This document shows, piece after piece, positions 40,203 to 51,491 of a stretch of 64,000 nucleotides of DNA. The stretch is taken from positions 1,504,001-1,568,000 of the forward strand of contig OZ241993.1 in assembly GCA_965204575.1 (NCBI GenBank). Direction: 5' to 3'. Position 1 is the stretch's first letter. Each line of letters starts with the position of its first letter. Below the pieces are notes generated by a model that made no database searches, was not told the origin of the DNA, and was given only the letters and a program-made list of their open reading frames with translations. Source of the DNA: an uncultured candidatus Porisulfidus sp. (GTDB taxonomy: Bacteria; Pseudomonadota; Gammaproteobacteria; Poriferisulfidales; Poriferisulfidaceae). A program made the translations under genes and the position numbers.

Positions 40203-41302
40203 CGCTCGACATGCTCCACGACTTCAAGCCCGAACCCGCCCAGGCCGTGGAACACCTGAGGCGCGCTCATCAAACGCATCCGGCGAACCCCAAGGTCAGC
40301 CAGGATCTGCGAACCAGCCCCCAGCACTCGTCGATCCGTTGGGACGGCCCGGGCGCGAGCCGGCTCGGGACTATTGTGCAACATCCGGACGCGTTCCAGC
40401 AAACGCGGAGGCGATTCGGGCCAGCGCAGGATCACTGCCACTCCTTGGCCCTCGGTGGCAATCCGCTGCAGTGCGTCACGGAGCGGCCAGCCCAGATCCG
40501 GCACTGAAGCCAAGGTCACGTCGCTGAGCGTGTTCTGCACATGCACGCGCACCAGCGTCGCTTTCTGCGGATCCAGCGGCCCGGCAACCAATGCCAAGTG
40601 GACCGTGTCAACCGTCATGTCCTCGTAGGCGATCAATTCGAATTCTCCGTAATCGGTCGGCAAGTGGCAACTGGCGCCGCGCCGCACGGTCGGTTCACGT
40701 TCGGCCCGGTAGCGGATCAGGTTCTCGATCGTGCCGATCTTGAGGCCGTGTTGCTCGGCCAGTCCTTCCAGCTGCGGGCGTCGCGCCATCGTGCCGTCCT
40801 CATTCAGGATCTCCACGATGACGGCGGCCGGCTCCAGACCGGCCAACCGCGCCAGATCGCATCCGCCTTCCGTATGTCCGGCACGGGTCAGGACGCCCCC
40901 GGGCTGTTGCATCAGGCATTGCAAATGCCCAGGCTGCAGGATGTCGCCCGGTCGGGCGTCTGCCGCGACAGCTGCCCGGATCGTGGTGGCCCGGTCGTGC
41001 GCCGACACCCCCGTGGTAATGCCCTCGTGCGCGTCGATGGTGAACGTGAAATTGGTGCGATGCGCCTCGTCCGTGGTCGGATCCATCAGCGGCAGGTTCA
41101 GTTGCTGGCAGCGTTCCCGGGTCATCGCCAGACAGAGCAGGCCGCGGCCATGCCGGGTCATGAAATTGATGTGCTCCGGCGTCACCAGCGAAGCCGCCAC
41201 GACCAAGTCTCCTTCATTCTCCCGAGCCTCGTCGTCGGCCAGAACGATCATCCGCCCGGCTCTCAGATCCTGGATCAGTTCCTCGATCGTATTGAAATTC
41301 AT
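40199..41302 (-). CDS. ribB: DHBP synthase with degenerate GTP cyclohydrolase II domain (RibBX type)
   Basis: RENEGD, RAGHTE; C-domain lacks zinc Cys. Confidence 0.9.
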   Translation of the reverse strand: MNFNTIEELIQDLRAGRMIVLADDEARENEGDLVVAASLVTPEHINFMTRHGRGLLCLAMTRERCQQLNLPLMDPTTDEAHRTNFTFTIDAHEGITTGVSAHDRATTIRAAVAADARPGDILQPGHLQCLMQQPGGVLTRAGHTEGGCDLARLAGLEPAAVIVEILNEDGTMARRPQLEGLAEQHGLKIGTIENLIRYRAEREPTVRRGASCHLPTDYGEFELIAYEDMTVDTVHLALVAGPLDPQKATLVRVHVQNTLSDVTLASVPDLGWPLRDALQRIATEGQGVAVILRWPESPPRLLERVRMLHNSPEPARARAVPTDRRVLGAGSQILADLGVRRMRLMSAPQVFHGLGGFGLEVVEHVER

Positions 41303-41904
41303 GACCTCGCGCGCTCCTCGAGAAGGCGTTCCAAATATCTTGCCAGCATATCAACTTCCAGGTTGACCTGCATGCCAGCACGGTAGTCACCCGCCAAGCT
41401 GACGGCACAGGTGTGCGGGACCAGCGTGACGCTAAACGTACTCGCCTCAACCCCGGTCACGGTCAGGCTGACGCCATCCACACAGACCGAACCGCGCGGA
41501 ACCAGATAACGGCGAACCTCCGCAGGAGCCTTGACCTCTATCCGGCTGCAATCGCCTTCTGCCTCGACCGCCGCGATCTCGCCCACCGCATCGACATGCC
41601 CGCTCACGAGATGCCCGCCCATCGGTTCGCCGACGCGCAAGGCCGGCTCCAGATTGACTTCGTGCCCGGCTTCCAGGCTGCCCAGCGTTGTACGCGCAAG
41701 CGTCGTCTCGCTCAAATCCGCTTCAAAGGTCTCCGCTTCCGCCACGCAAGCGGTCAGGCAGACTCCGCTGACGGCAATGCTGTCGCCTGCCCGAATTCCC
41801 TGCAGACGGCCCTGCCCCGGATGCTGGATGCGTACGTGCCGGTCGGCATCCCGAGCCTCCATGGCCACAATCCGGCCTCGCGCCTCGACGATCCCCGTGA
41901 ACAC
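41299..41904 (-). CDS. ribE: Riboflavin synthase (ribE/ribC)
   Basis: GTG-start MFTGIV, GVCLT, GGHLVSGHVD, DGVSLTV. Confidence 0.95.
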   Translation of the reverse strand: MFTGIVEARGRIVAMEARDADRHVRIQHPGQGRLQGIRAGDSIAVSGVCLTACVAEAETFEADLSETTLARTTLGSLEAGHEVNLEPALRVGEPMGGHLVSGHVDAVGEIAAVEAEGDCSRIEVKAPAEVRRYLVPRGSVCVDGVSLTVTGVEASTFSVTLVPHTCAVSLAGDYRAGMQVNLEVDMLARYLERLLEERARS

Positions 41905-41905
41905 T

Positions 41906-43021
41906 TCAGCGGCTCCGGTGATAGGTGATGCGGACATCCGAACCCAGCGCGCGGGCATCCTGCAGCGTCCAGCCCAAGCGTTCCGGAAGGTCCTCGGCCG
42001 GCGGCAGTTCCGCCAAAGGCGCGGCATCCGCACCCAGCAAGCGGGGCGCAATGTAGACCATCATCTCATCGACCAGATCTTCCTGGATCAGCGCCCCGAC
42101 GAATTTCGCGCCCGCTTCGACCAGAATGTCGTTGATTTCGTAATCCATGGCCAATCCCGACAGCGCCGCTGCCAGGTCCAGCCCCTTCCCGCCAGCCTGC
42201 ACTGTTCGGATTTCCGCTTCGGGCGGGACGACCGCCCGGAGTTTTTCGGCATGCTCGTCCAGGGTGTAGACCACGCAGGGCCCCGGCACCGACCAAAGGG
42301 AAAGATCGCCCGACAGTTCTCCTTTCCGATCCATGATCGCCCGCAATGGCTGACGAACCCGGTCGACACCCAGCACCTGTGCTTTCAGGCGAACGTTGAG
42401 CCGGGCATCATCCCGGCATACGGTCGCAGCCGTCGACAGCACTGCTCCGCTTCGGGCCCGTCGCCACTGCACATCGGCGCGCGCCTCCAGGCCTGTAATC
42501 CACTGGCTGTGCCCGTCGGCCAGCGCCGTCCCGCCATCCAGACTCATCGCCTGCTTGACGCAGACCCAAGGCCGCCCGGTCGTCATGCGTTTCCAGAACC
42601 CCTGGTTCAGTGCCTGCGCCCGTTCGGCCCCGATGCCTACTTCGCACTCGATGCCCGCTTCCTTCAACATCCCATGGCCACGTCCGGCCACTTGAGGGTT
42701 GGGGTCCTCGCAGGCAGACACGACCCGACCGATGCCGGAGGCGATGATCCCCGACACGCACGGAGCCGTGCGCCCTTGGTGCGCACAGGGTTCGAGCGTC
42801 ACATACATCGTGGCTCCACGCGCCCGGTCCCCGGCCTCCTTCAAGGCTTGTGGTTCGGCGTGAAGTTCCCCGGCGCGGCGATGAAACCCCCGCCCGACCA
42901 CGGCGCCATCGGCCACCACCAGGCATCCGACGCAGGGATTGGGGGACGCGGTATAGCGGCCTCGTTCCGCCAGTTCCAGGGCTTCTTCCATGAAGCGCGC
43001 GTCCGTCTCCTGCACCGTCAT
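41906..43021 (-). CDS. ribD: Riboflavin biosynthesis deaminase/reductase
   Basis: PNPCVG, HAE, TLEPCAHQGRTAPC, SLDG. Confidence 0.95.
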   Translation of the reverse strand: MTVQETDARFMEEALELAERGRYTASPNPCVGCLVVADGAVVGRGFHRRAGELHAEPQALKEAGDRARGATMYVTLEPCAHQGRTAPCVSGIIASGIGRVVSACEDPNPQVAGRGHGMLKEAGIECEVGIGAERAQALNQGFWKRMTTGRPWVCVKQAMSLDGGTALADGHSQWITGLEARADVQWRRARSGAVLSTAATVCRDDARLNVRLKAQVLGVDRVRQPLRAIMDRKGELSGDLSLWSVPGPCVVYTLDEHAEKLRAVVPPEAEIRTVQAGGKGLDLAAALSGLAMDYEINDILVEAGAKFVGALIQEDLVDEMMVYIAPRLLGADAAPLAELPPAEDLPERLGWTLQDARALGSDVRITYHRSR

Positions 43022-43554
43022 GGCGGTGGAAGGTCGCCCGGAGTCTCTTCCCTGGTCAACAAGTCCATCTGTTTGCGTCTGGCCGATTCCGGCAGTGCGT
43101 TGGCCTCGCGCTCCAGCAACTGCCGCCACTGTTCGATCGTGGTGATTTCCTCGAACACCGAGGCATAGAGGATGCAGGCGATCTGATCCCGCTCCCGCAG
43201 CTCGTCAATCACCCAGAACCCAATCGTCCGGCTCGGGACGTTCCGGCTCGGGTGGAGGCGCGCGCGATCGCAGACGTTCTGGACAATCTCCTCGATGGCA
43301 TCCGGACTGACGGGTCGGTTGCGCGACGCCATTTCGATGCTCCATGTCAGTTTTTCGGTGTCGAAAGCCTGTGGAATCGATTGCCCTTTCTTCGCGACAT
43401 CCGGGAGCTTCAGCTTCGCCCGCTCGTAAGTCGTGAAACGCATCTTGCAGTTCGGATTCAGGCATTGTCGGCGGCGGCGCACTTGATCGCCCCCACCCAC
43501 CGGCCGGGAATCCAGGACCTGGGTATCACCGTGTTTGCAGAACGGGCAGCGCAC
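43018..43554 (-). CDS. nrdR: Transcriptional regulator NrdR
   Basis: MRCPFC, DSR, RRRRQC..C..RFTTYE; synteny. Confidence 0.9.
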   Translation of the reverse strand: MRCPFCKHGDTQVLDSRPVGGGDQVRRRRQCLNPNCKMRFTTYERAKLKLPDVAKKGQSIPQAFDTEKLTWSIEMASRNRPVSPDAIEEIVQNVCDRARLHPSRNVPSRTIGFWVIDELRERDQIACILYASVFEEITTIEQWRQLLEREANALPESARRKQMDLLTREETPGDLPPP

Positions 43555-43595
43555 GATCTCCTCGCCAGTGCTCCCGCTCCCTGGCCCGGGGCCGG

Positions 43596-44855
43596 TTAGT
43601 CGGCCTCGTACACCGGATAGCGCGCGCAGATTTCCTGCACCTGCCCGCGCACGCGGTCAATCACGGATTCGTCGCCCAAGTCGTCGATGATGTCGCACAT
43701 CCAGCCGGCCAGCGTACGGCATTCATCCTCTTGAAAGCCCCGGGTCGTGACCGCGGGCGTGCCGACCCGGATGCCACTGGTCACGAACGGCGACTTCGGG
43801 TCGTTGGGAACGGTGTTCTTGTTCACCGTGATGTGGGCCCGTCCCAGCGCAGCGTCAACCTCCTTTCCGGTCAGTTCCTGGGCAATGAAGTCGACCAGGA
43901 ACAGGTGGTCATCCGTCCCGCCGGAGACGACCTTGTAGTTGCGCTCGATGAAGACTTCGGCCATGGCCTTGGCATTGGCCAGCACCTGGCGCTGGTATTC
44001 CTTGAACTCAGGCTGGGCGGCCTCGCGGAACGCCACCGCCTTCGCCGCGATGACATGCATCAGCGGACCCCCTTGCATCCCGGGGAACACCATGGAGTTG
44101 ATCTTCTTGGTGATCTCCTCGTTCTCGCGGGCAATGATGAAGCCACTGCGGGGTCCGCGCAGCGTCTTGTGGGTGGTGGAGGTCACCACGTCGGCGACCG
44201 GCACCGGGCTCGGGTAGAGATCTGCGGCAATCAGCCCCGAGACGTGCGCCATGTCGACCATCAGCAAGGCCCCGACGGAATCGGAGATGTCGCGGAAGCG
44301 CTGCCAGTCCATGACCCGCGAATAAGCGGAAAACCCGGCCACGACCATCTTGGGGCGGTGCTCGGCAGCCAGCTGTTCGACCTGCTCGTAGTCCACCTCC
44401 CCGGTTTCCGGGTTCAACCCGTACTGGACCGCGTTGTAGTTCTGTCCGGAAAAGTTGACATGGGAGCCATGCGTCAGGTGCCCGCCATGGGCCAAGGCCA
44501 TGCCAAGCAGGGTATCGCCCGGCTGCAGCAGCGCGGTGTACACCGCCGCGTTCGCCTGGGACCCGGCGTGCGGCTGCACATTGGCGTAATCCGCCTTGTA
44601 CAACTCGCAAGCGCGGTCGATGGCCAATTGCTCAACCACGTCCACATGCTCGCAGCCCCCGTAGTAACGCTTGGCGGGGTAGCCTTCCGCATACTTGTTG
44701 GTCAGCACCGACCCCTGCGCCTCCAGGATCCGCGGGCTGGTGTAGTTCTCAGAGGCGATCAGCTCGATATGTTCTTCCTGGCGGCGACGTTCCGCCTCCA
44801 TCGCGGCGGCAACCTCCGGGTCGAATCCGGCAATGGTCAGATCTTTTTTAAACAT
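43596..44855 (-). CDS. glyA: Serine hydroxymethyltransferase
   Basis: [23 protein letters not shown]. Confidence 0.98.
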   Translation of the reverse strand: MFKKDLTIAGFDPEVAAAMEAERRRQEEHIELIASENYTSPRILEAQGSVLTNKYAEGYPAKRYYGGCEHVDVVEQLAIDRACELYKADYANVQPHAGSQANAAVYTALLQPGDTLLGMALAHGGHLTHGSHVNFSGQNYNAVQYGLNPETGEVDYEQVEQLAAEHRPKMVVAGFSAYSRVMDWQRFRDISDSVGALLMVDMAHVSGLIAADLYPSPVPVADVVTSTTHKTLRGPRSGFIIARENEEITKKINSMVFPGMQGGPLMHVIAAKAVAFREAAQPEFKEYQRQVLANAKAMAEVFIERNYKVVSGGTDDHLFLVDFIAQELTGKEVDAALGRAHITVNKNTVPNDPKSPFVTSGIRVGTPAVTTRGFQEDECRTLAGWMCDIIDDLGDESVIDRVRGQVQEICARYPVYEAD

Positions 44856-44908
44856 GGCAGTTCTTGCAAAGGGTCGGACGCGGCATTATAAGGGGTTGCA
44901 TGCCATTT

Positions 44909-45292
44909 TCAGGCGGAACCACCCTCGGCCAACTGCAACAGCAACTCGGGCAAACCGGCCTCCGCACCCAGATGCGTGCACAGGTTAATAAGTATGTCGG
45001 GATGCCGCTCACGCGCCTGATCCAGCAAGGCCGGGACGTCGTCGCGGACATGACGGCCCGCAGCCAGGAAGTACGGCAGAACCCACAACTGCGCCGCGCC
45101 CTGTGCAACACAGGCGTCAATTCCCGTCGGAATGTCCGGTTCGGCAATCTCCAGGAAAGCATGCGTCACGATCTCATACCGGTCGCCGGATGCCTCGCGC
45201 AACCGCTCGGTGAGTTCGGCCACTTCGGCATTGGCCTCCGGCAGGCGCGAACCGTGCGCAACCAGCAGCAATGCACGTTTGCCGGCATTCAT
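44909..45292 (-). CDS. Small CbiX/SirB-family chelatase
   Basis: VAHGSR, AFLEIAEP, PYFLAAGRHV..D.P. Confidence 0.85.
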   Translation of the reverse strand: MNAGKRALLLVAHGSRLPEANAEVAELTERLREASGDRYEIVTHAFLEIAEPDIPTGIDACVAQGAAQLWVLPYFLAAGRHVRDDVPALLDQARERHPDILINLCTHLGAEAGLPELLLQLAEGGSA

Positions 45293-46017
45293 GCCAAAGC
45301 CTCCATCGCGGCGCGCACCCGTGCCAAATCCTCGGGCGTATCCACGCCCGGCGATGTCGCTTCGACGCCCGGCTCGACATGGACGCGAAGGCCATGGTGG
45401 AGCATCCGGCACTGTTCCAGCGATTCCTCCAACTCCTGCGGCGCCGGCGGCAGCTTGACATACCGGGCGAGCCCGCCCGCACGGTAGGCATAAACCCCCA
45501 GATGGCGCTGGCAGCGCGTCTCTTCGATTTGCCGGGGCGCCCGGCTGAATCCTTCGGCGTACCCTTCCTCGTCCCGCCAGACCTTGACGACCTGGGCGCG
45601 ACCCCAATCCCCTTCATCGAGGGGCTCGCACAAAGTCGCCGCGAAAGCTTCGTCCCGAGCGGCCAGGTTCCCGGCCACCTGGGAAATCAGGGCGGGCGGG
45701 AGCATCGGCTCGTCTGCCTGCACATTGACCACGATCGCATCCGCGTCCCAATCCAGGTATTCCAGCAATTCGCCCAAGCGGGCTGTCCCGTTCGGATGAT
45801 CCAGGCGCGTCATCCAGACCGGCGCGCCGAACGAACGGGCGCACTCGGCCACCGCCTCGTCGCCCGCCGCAATCACGACCGAAGCGGCTCCGCTCTGCCG
45901 GGCGTGCTCAAAAACCCATTGCAGCATCGGTTGCCCGGCGATTTCAAGCAGCGGCTTGTTCGGCAGCCGCGTCGACGCACTTCGCGCCGGAATCGCCACA
46001 TGGAAAGTCGGGCTCAT
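45289..46017 (-). CDS. kdsB: CMP-Kdo synthetase
   Basis: [35 protein letters not shown]. Confidence 0.95.
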   Translation of the reverse strand: MSPTFHVAIPARSASTRLPNKPLLEIAGQPMLQWVFEHARQSGAASVVIAAGDEAVAECARSFGAPVWMTRLDHPNGTARLGELLEYLDWDADAIVVNVQADEPMLPPALISQVAGNLAARDEAFAATLCEPLDEGDWGRAQVVKVWRDEEGYAEGFSRAPRQIEETRCQRHLGVYAYRAGGLARYVKLPPAPQELEESLEQCRMLHHGLRVHVEPGVEATSPGVDTPEDLARVRAAMEALA

Positions 46018-46211
46018 GAATCATGCCGGTAGCGCTGGTATTCCTCTTCCAACAACCCGCGCGCCTCTTCTTCCAGCAAGACCGGAATGTCGTCGCGCAC
46101 CGGGTAAGCCAGGCGCGCCGACACCGAAATCAGTTCCTGCTGCTCACGGTCGTACAGCAGCGGGCCCTTGGTGACCGGGCAGACAAGGATATCCAGCAGT
46201 CTTTTGTCCAT
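46014..46211 (-). CDS. ycaR: Trm112-family protein
   Basis: [25 protein letters not shown]; alternative start 46232. Confidence 0.92.
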   Translation of the reverse strand: MDKRLLDILVCPVTKGPLLYDREQQELISVSARLAYPVRDDIPVLLEEEARGLLEEEYQRYRHDS

Positions 46212-46228
46212 CTGTTCCCGACTCCCGC

Positions 46229-49081
46229 TCATGTCTTCGCTTCGGCATCCAGGGAATCCAGTGCCTTGGCCCTTCGGTTCTCCTCAATGGCGCGTTGCGC
46301 GCTGCCGATGATTTCCTCGGCAACCGCCGGTTCCAGCGCCACGTCGACCTCCAAAGAATACCACCGTTCACGGGCAAAACGCTCGCACTTGACCGCATCC
46401 TTGGGCGTCATGACTACCGCGTGACCGTCCGCAAAGTCGAGTTGCCCGGCTCGGAAAGCATGGTGGTCCTCGTAGATGTGCGGAATCGCGTCGATCCCGG
46501 CGCTGGCCAGGGATTCCAGAAACCGGTGCGGATTCCCGATCCCGCAGACCGCGTGCACGGTCTGCCCCGCAAGGCCGGACAGCGGGACCGTGCTGCCGTC
46601 AAGCAAGGAGCGCAGGTGTTTCACCTGCAAGTCGAACCGGTGTTCTCCTTGCTCCGGAGCTCCTCCGTGCACCAGGATCCAATCGGCCAAACGCACGCGC
46701 CCGAGCGGCTCCCTCAGCGGTCCGGCAGGCAGGCACAAGCCGTTGCCGTGCCGGCGTTTGCCGTCCACCACCAGGATCTCGATCTCCCGTGACAAACCCA
46801 AATGCTGCAGCCCGTCATCCGAGAGGATGATGCTGACGGTATGCCGCTCGCAGAGCGCCTGCGCGGCCGCCACCCGGTCCGGGCCTGCAAACACGGGACA
46901 GCCCGTCTGTGCCGCAACCAGAACCGCCTCCTCCCCGACCTCATCGGGGCCAGTCGCGGCATCAACCTCGCGGGGCCAGGTTGTGCTGTCGCCCCGGTAG
47001 CCCCGGCACACGATCCCGACCGAAACTCCCAGGCTTCGAAGCCGGAGTGCCAGCCAGACCACCAGAGGGGTCTTCCCGGTGCCTCCGACGCTCAGGTTGC
47101 CGATCACCGCCACAGGCACCGGCAAGGCAGGCGGCCGGTTCAGCCAACGGCGCCAGATCCGCCGCAGGAACACGCCGGTGCGATACAGCCAACTCAGTGG
47201 CCGCAAGACCCACACCCAGCGGCTATCCCCGTACCAGACGGTCTCGGCAAAACGCGTCACCCAGGACTGATGCCGGGTGCTCTCCGCCTCCAGCAGTTCC
47301 CCGCGGCGGGGTGGGCGTTCCTCGACGTCCCCCGTATCCTGGAACTGATGCTGGTAGAGCTTCCTGTAGACCTGGTTCCTCTGGATCAGCTCCCCATGCG
47401 TGCCCTGCTCGACAACCTCGCCCTGATCCAGGACGACGATCCGGTCTGCCCGTTCAACCGTCGACAGTCGATGCGCGATGATCAGGGTGGTGGAGACTTC
47501 CATGATCTTGTCCAAGGCTTCCTGCACGTACCGCTCGGATTCGCTGTCTAGCGACGAGGTCGCTTCGTCCAGGATCAGGATCGGTGCCCGCTTGTACAGG
47601 GCCCGGGCCAAGGCCAGGCGCTGTCGCTGGCCCCCGGAAAGCTGTACCCCCCCTTCCCCGATGATAGTCTCCAGGCCCTGTGGCAGGCGATCCACAAACT
47701 CGTCGACATGCGCACTGCGCAGCGCCAACTCCAGGTCGTGCTGCTGATCCGGGTCCACCCCATAGGTAATGTTGTTGCGCACCGTGTCGTTGAACAGCAC
47801 CACGTTCTGTCCCACGTAACTGATCAGCCCCCGCAGGTCAGACAGTTGCAGGTCGTTGATCGGAATGTCGTCGATCCGGATTTCCCCGCTCTGCGGGGCA
47901 TAGAAGCGCGGCAACAGGTTGGCCAGCGAAGACTTGCCGGAGCCGGAGCGCCCGACCAGGGCCACGGTCTCGCCGCGCCGGATCGTCAGCGAGACATTGT
48001 GAAGCGCTTCGCGGTCCGCGTTGCGGTAACGCAAACTGATCCGATCATAGGCGATCGAATGCTGCAGATCCTGCTTGGAATGCCCGCCCTGATCCTGTTC
48101 CACCGGGGTGTCCAGCATCTGGAAGACCTGCTGGCCGGCGGCGATGCTCTGCTGCAGCCGGGTGTTGACCTGCACCAGGTTCCGCGCAGGGGCCAACAGC
48201 ATCAGCATGGCGAACATGAACGACACGAACCCGCCGACCGTGATGGTGCTGAGCACCCCTTCCAGCGTCACCAAGTAGACGATGCCGGCCCAGGCCAGCC
48301 CGACCAGCAGCATGATGACCGAAGACACCAAGGCCGCCATCTGTTGCGTGCGGACCTGTCGCTTCCGGAAATACTCGGTCGTCTCATCGAAGCGTGTTTT
48401 CTCCATAGCCTCGGCCTGAAACACCTTCACGACCCGGTAACCCTGGATCACTTCCTGGGCGTTCTGCACGGTCGCGGTGAGCGCCTCCATCATGCGGTGG
48501 CTAAGCTTTCGGACTCTCCGGTTGCTGCTGGGAATCAGCCAGGCGAACACCGGCACGGCGGCCAGGAACGCAACGGTCAGGATCCAGCTCACGTACAGCA
48601 TCCAGCCGACCAGGCCGATCACCATCAGGCTGTCCCGGATCAGGATGGTGAGGCTTTTCGATGCCGCCGTGGTCACGCCCTCGACGTGGCTGGTGATGCG
48701 CGCCAGGAAATCGCTGGAAGCCGTGTGGTCATGGGTTTCCGCCGGAAACTCAAGCAGGCGCGCAAACATTTTCCGCCGCAGGTCCCGGACCAGGCGCGCA
48801 CCGATCTGCGCCATGCAGGACGCACTGAGGTACGAGCCGACCGCCCGCAGTACGAAAATCCCGATCAACGCCAGCGGCACCCAGCGGATCACGTCCGGTT
48901 GCTGCTCGACGATCGCGCCATCCAGAATCGGTTTCATCAGCGCCGACAACGCGGGACCCGTCGCGGCCTCCATCGCCATGCCAAGCAGCGCCAAGGTCAG
49001 GATGCCGGCCTGACCCTGCAGAGCCAGCCGCAGCAACTGCCGGTAAATGTCCATGCCGGAACGGCGCGCAGTCTCGTTCAT
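46229..49081 (-). CDS. msbA-lpxK: Fused lipid A flippase MsbA - lipid A 4'-kinase LpxK
   Basis: ABC TMD and NBD ([16 protein letters not shown]) in frame with [26 protein letters not shown]. Confidence 0.93.
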   Translation of the reverse strand: MNETARRSGMDIYRQLLRLALQGQAGILTLALLGMAMEAATGPALSALMKPILDGAIVEQQPDVIRWVPLALIGIFVLRAVGSYLSASCMAQIGARLVRDLRRKMFARLLEFPAETHDHTASSDFLARITSHVEGVTTAASKSLTILIRDSLMVIGLVGWMLYVSWILTVAFLAAVPVFAWLIPSSNRRVRKLSHRMMEALTATVQNAQEVIQGYRVVKVFQAEAMEKTRFDETTEYFRKRQVRTQQMAALVSSVIMLLVGLAWAGIVYLVTLEGVLSTITVGGFVSFMFAMLMLLAPARNLVQVNTRLQQSIAAGQQVFQMLDTPVEQDQGGHSKQDLQHSIAYDRISLRYRNADREALHNVSLTIRRGETVALVGRSGSGKSSLANLLPRFYAPQSGEIRIDDIPINDLQLSDLRGLISYVGQNVVLFNDTVRNNITYGVDPDQQHDLELALRSAHVDEFVDRLPQGLETIIGEGGVQLSGGQRQRLALARALYKRAPILILDEATSSLDSESERYVQEALDKIMEVSTTLIIAHRLSTVERADRIVVLDQGEVVEQGTHGELIQRNQVYRKLYQHQFQDTGDVEERPPRRGELLEAESTRHQSWVTRFAETVWYGDSRWVWVLRPLSWLYRTGVFLRRIWRRWLNRPPALPVPVAVIGNLSVGGTGKTPLVVWLALRLRSLGVSVGIVCRGYRGDSTTWPREVDAATGPDEVGEEAVLVAAQTGCPVFAGPDRVAAAQALCERHTVSIILSDDGLQHLGLSREIEILVVDGKRRHGNGLCLPAGPLREPLGRVRLADWILVHGGAPEQGEHRFDLQVKHLRSLLDGSTVPLSGLAGQTVHAVCGIGNPHRFLESLASAGIDAIPHIYEDHHAFRAGQLDFADGHAVVMTPKDAVKCERFARERWYSLEVDVALEPAVAEEIIGSAQRAIEENRRAKALDSLDAEAKT

Positions 49082-49491
49082 GGCAGGCGCTCACCCATCG
49101 TCGCAACCCGGATCTGCTGGACGCCCTGCCCCCGGGCCTGCGCCATCAGGTACACGACCGACTGGTGCGGCGTCAGTGCATGGGCGTAGAGATAGACCAC
49201 CGCGTCTGGTTGCTCCGCGAGCGCGAGGTGCAACTGTGCCGCCAAGGCTTCGGGTTCGTCTGGAAGAAGCTGCCCGTTCAGGTAATAGTCACCCATCGCA
49301 TCAATGGCCAGGTTGATGCGCACCTCGACGCCGGCCGCTTCGGCCTCGCCGCGCGGCAGTTGGATTTTCAGGAAATCGAGTTGGCTGAATGTCGTGGTCA
49401 GCATGAAAAACAGCAGCAGCAGGAACACGACGTCGACCAGCGGCGTCAGCGGGATCGAAAGAGTGTCTTCCTGGCGGGCCTGGAATTTCAC
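49078..49491 (-). CDS. exbD: ExbD/TolR biopolymer transport protein
   Basis: LTPLVDVVFLLLLFFM; GTG start. Confidence 0.88.
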   Translation of the reverse strand: MKFQARQEDTLSIPLTPLVDVVFLLLLFFMLTTTFSQLDFLKIQLPRGEAEAAGVEVRINLAIDAMGDYYLNGQLLPDEPEALAAQLHLALAEQPDAVVYLYAHALTPHQSVVYLMAQARGQGVQQIRVATMGERLP

Positions 49492-50105
49492 GGTGTCTCC
49501 TGCCCGCGTTGCTGCAATACATCCATCAGCTGGTGCGCCACCGACTCCATCCGGGAGACCAGCACGGAGACCTTGCGTTGAAAAAAGCGGTGGAAGATCA
49601 CGGCCGGAATCGCCACAGCCAGGCCCGCCGCGGTAGTAATTAGCGCTTGCGCAATACCCCCGGCCAGGTCCGACGGCTGTCCCAGCCCGGTCGTCATGAT
49701 CTGATCGAACACGACGATGAGCCCCCAGACCGTCCCCAGAAGGCCTAGCAAGGGAGAAATCATCGCGATGGTGCCCAGTGCCGCCAAGAAACGTTCCAAC
49801 TCGACCGCCCCCCGGCGGCCCGCATCCTCGATCGCCGTCTTGCGTTCCTCCAGCGTCTGCCGGTGGGGGCCCAGGCCAGCCGCCAATACGCGCCCCAGTT
49901 GCGAACTGTTGCGCAACGCGTCGAGGCGATCCCCATCCAGTGCATCCTGCTGCAGCCAGGCTCGCACCTGCGCCAGCAAGCCGTCCGGCATGACCTGACC
50001 CTGCCGCAGAGCCCAACTGCGCTCCAAAATGATGGCCAACGCCAGGATGGAGCACAGCAGAATCGGCACCATCACCCAGCCTCCGGCCTGTAGCAAATCC
50101 AGCAT
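49488..50105 (-). CDS. exbB: ExbB/TolQ/MotA proton channel protein
   Basis: SPLLGLLGTV, GIAQALITTAAGL. Confidence 0.9.
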   Translation of the reverse strand: MLDLLQAGGWVMVPILLCSILALAIILERSWALRQGQVMPDGLLAQVRAWLQQDALDGDRLDALRNSSQLGRVLAAGLGPHRQTLEERKTAIEDAGRRGAVELERFLAALGTIAMISPLLGLLGTVWGLIVVFDQIMTTGLGQPSDLAGGIAQALITTAAGLAVAIPAVIFHRFFQRKVSVLVSRMESVAHQLMDVLQQRGQETP

Positions 50106-50181
50106 CAGCGGGCGTAAAACAGCGAAAGTAAAGAATTTATTGTAGAGTATTAGGTGTTCCTCAATTGCCCTGTAACCGCCG

Positions 50182-50727
50182 ATGGCACGCAAGGTTCTAC
50201 AGAAATATCTTCCGCATTTCCATCGGGTCAGGGAGCACCAGACGCTTCGCCTGTTCGGTTCGGCGGCATTGAAGGACAACCTGTGGCACCTCAACCGCCG
50301 TTCGGTGGCCCGCGCGTTTGCGATCGGGGTGTTCTGCGCATTCCTTCCCGTTCCGGGACAAATGGCCGTGGCAGCCGCACTGGCTATCGTGTTCGCCTCG
50401 AACCTGCCTCTCGCCGTGCTGCTGGTCTGGATCACCAACCCCGTCACCATCCCCCCGATCGTTCTCACCTGCTATTTGGTCGGCAGTTGGGTGCTCAACA
50501 TCCCTCCCCAGCATTTCGCATTTGAGTGGTCCTGGGCCTGGTTCACGGAGGAGTTATATGTCATCGGCCTGCCACTGCTCGTCGGCTCCCTGATCTGCGG
50601 CGCCATCGGCGCGGCTACCAGTTACTGGGGAGTTCTCCTGTACTGGCGGTGGTATGTGGTCCGCATCTGGCAAACCCGTCACAAGCGCAGGGTTGAAAAA
50701 GTCCTTCACGACATCTTGGAGAAGTAG
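50182..50727 (+). CDS. DUF2062 membrane protein
   Basis: LWHLNRRSVA, PVPGQM, WITNPVT. Confidence 0.9.
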   Translation: MARKVLQKYLPHFHRVREHQTLRLFGSAALKDNLWHLNRRSVARAFAIGVFCAFLPVPGQMAVAAALAIVFASNLPLAVLLVWITNPVTIPPIVLTCYLVGSWVLNIPPQHFAFEWSWAWFTEELYVIGLPLLVGSLICGAIGAATSYWGVLLYWRWYVVRIWQTRHKRRVEKVLHDILEK

Positions 50728-50732
50728 GCAGA

Positions 50733-51383
50733 ATGACTTCCACGTGCCCCACCGGGGTGCATGTGGCCTCCGGAGCAAGATCGGCGCCACGCAACCGCCT
50801 GCTGCGCCTTGCCCGGTCGCTGCGCCAGTGTTCATCGTGTGCAGAGGACTTCGAACTGCACGGGCATGCACCAAGGCCGGTGGCAAGGCTGTCCACTACA
50901 GCACGGATCTGCGTGTGCGGCCAGGCACCCGGCACGCACGTGCACCGCAGCGGGCTGCCATTCGACGACCCCTCTGGAAAGCGCTTGCGCGAGTGGATGG
51001 GCGTGGATCGGGACCAGTTCTACGATGCCGGGCGCATCGTCACCATGCCGATGGCATTCTGCTTTCCCGGGCAGGACCGCCGCGGGGCTGATTTGCCGCC
51101 TCCGCGGATCTGCAGCGAGCAATGGCACGCGCGCCTGTTCTCCGCCATGCCGCAACTGAAGCTTTTCCTGCTGATCGGCTACCACGCACAGCGCTGGCAC
51201 CTGGGCGCGCAATGCCGCGATTCCCTGACCGCCAACGTGGCCGCCTGGGAAGAATTCCTGCCCTCGGGGAGGATTCCCTTGCCGCATCCGTCCTGGCGGA
51301 ATAACGGTTGGCTGAAGAAGAATCCTTGGTTTGAGAAAGACTTGTTGCCTATTCTGAAGAAAAAAGTTCATGCCTATTTGTAG
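50733..51383 (+). CDS. Uracil-DNA glycosylase superfamily protein
   Basis: GQAPG, PFDDPSG.RLR.W, LPHPSWRN. Confidence 0.88.
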   Translation: MTSTCPTGVHVASGARSAPRNRLLRLARSLRQCSSCAEDFELHGHAPRPVARLSTTARICVCGQAPGTHVHRSGLPFDDPSGKRLREWMGVDRDQFYDAGRIVTMPMAFCFPGQDRRGADLPPPRICSEQWHARLFSAMPQLKLFLLIGYHAQRWHLGAQCRDSLTANVAAWEEFLPSGRIPLPHPSWRNNGWLKKNPWFEKDLLPILKKKVHAYL

Positions 51384-51432
51384 ACATCAAGCTATTCAGA
51401 GTTCCTTGTTAATCTAGTTGGCATGGGGGATC

Positions 51433-51476
51433 TTGATATATCTTTTTTTCTGTATAAAATATTTCCTTGTTTCCTT
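51433..51476 (+). promoter_or_regulatory. Sigma70 promoter with tandem TTTCCTT putative operator
   Basis: TTGATA-16-TAAAAT then TTTCCTT at 51462 and 51470, upstream of antitoxin. Confidence 0.55.
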
Positions 51477-51491
51477 ACTTCGATGCTTCCC

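Noticed and set aside
43021-43600. FMN riboswitch for the rib genes
   Set aside because: ribD overlaps nrdR and the glyA-nrdR gap is about 40 nt; no room and no motif
49078-50055. 325-aa ExbD
   Set aside because: Upstream part is an alternate frame of exbB; GTG at 49491 overlaps the exbB stop
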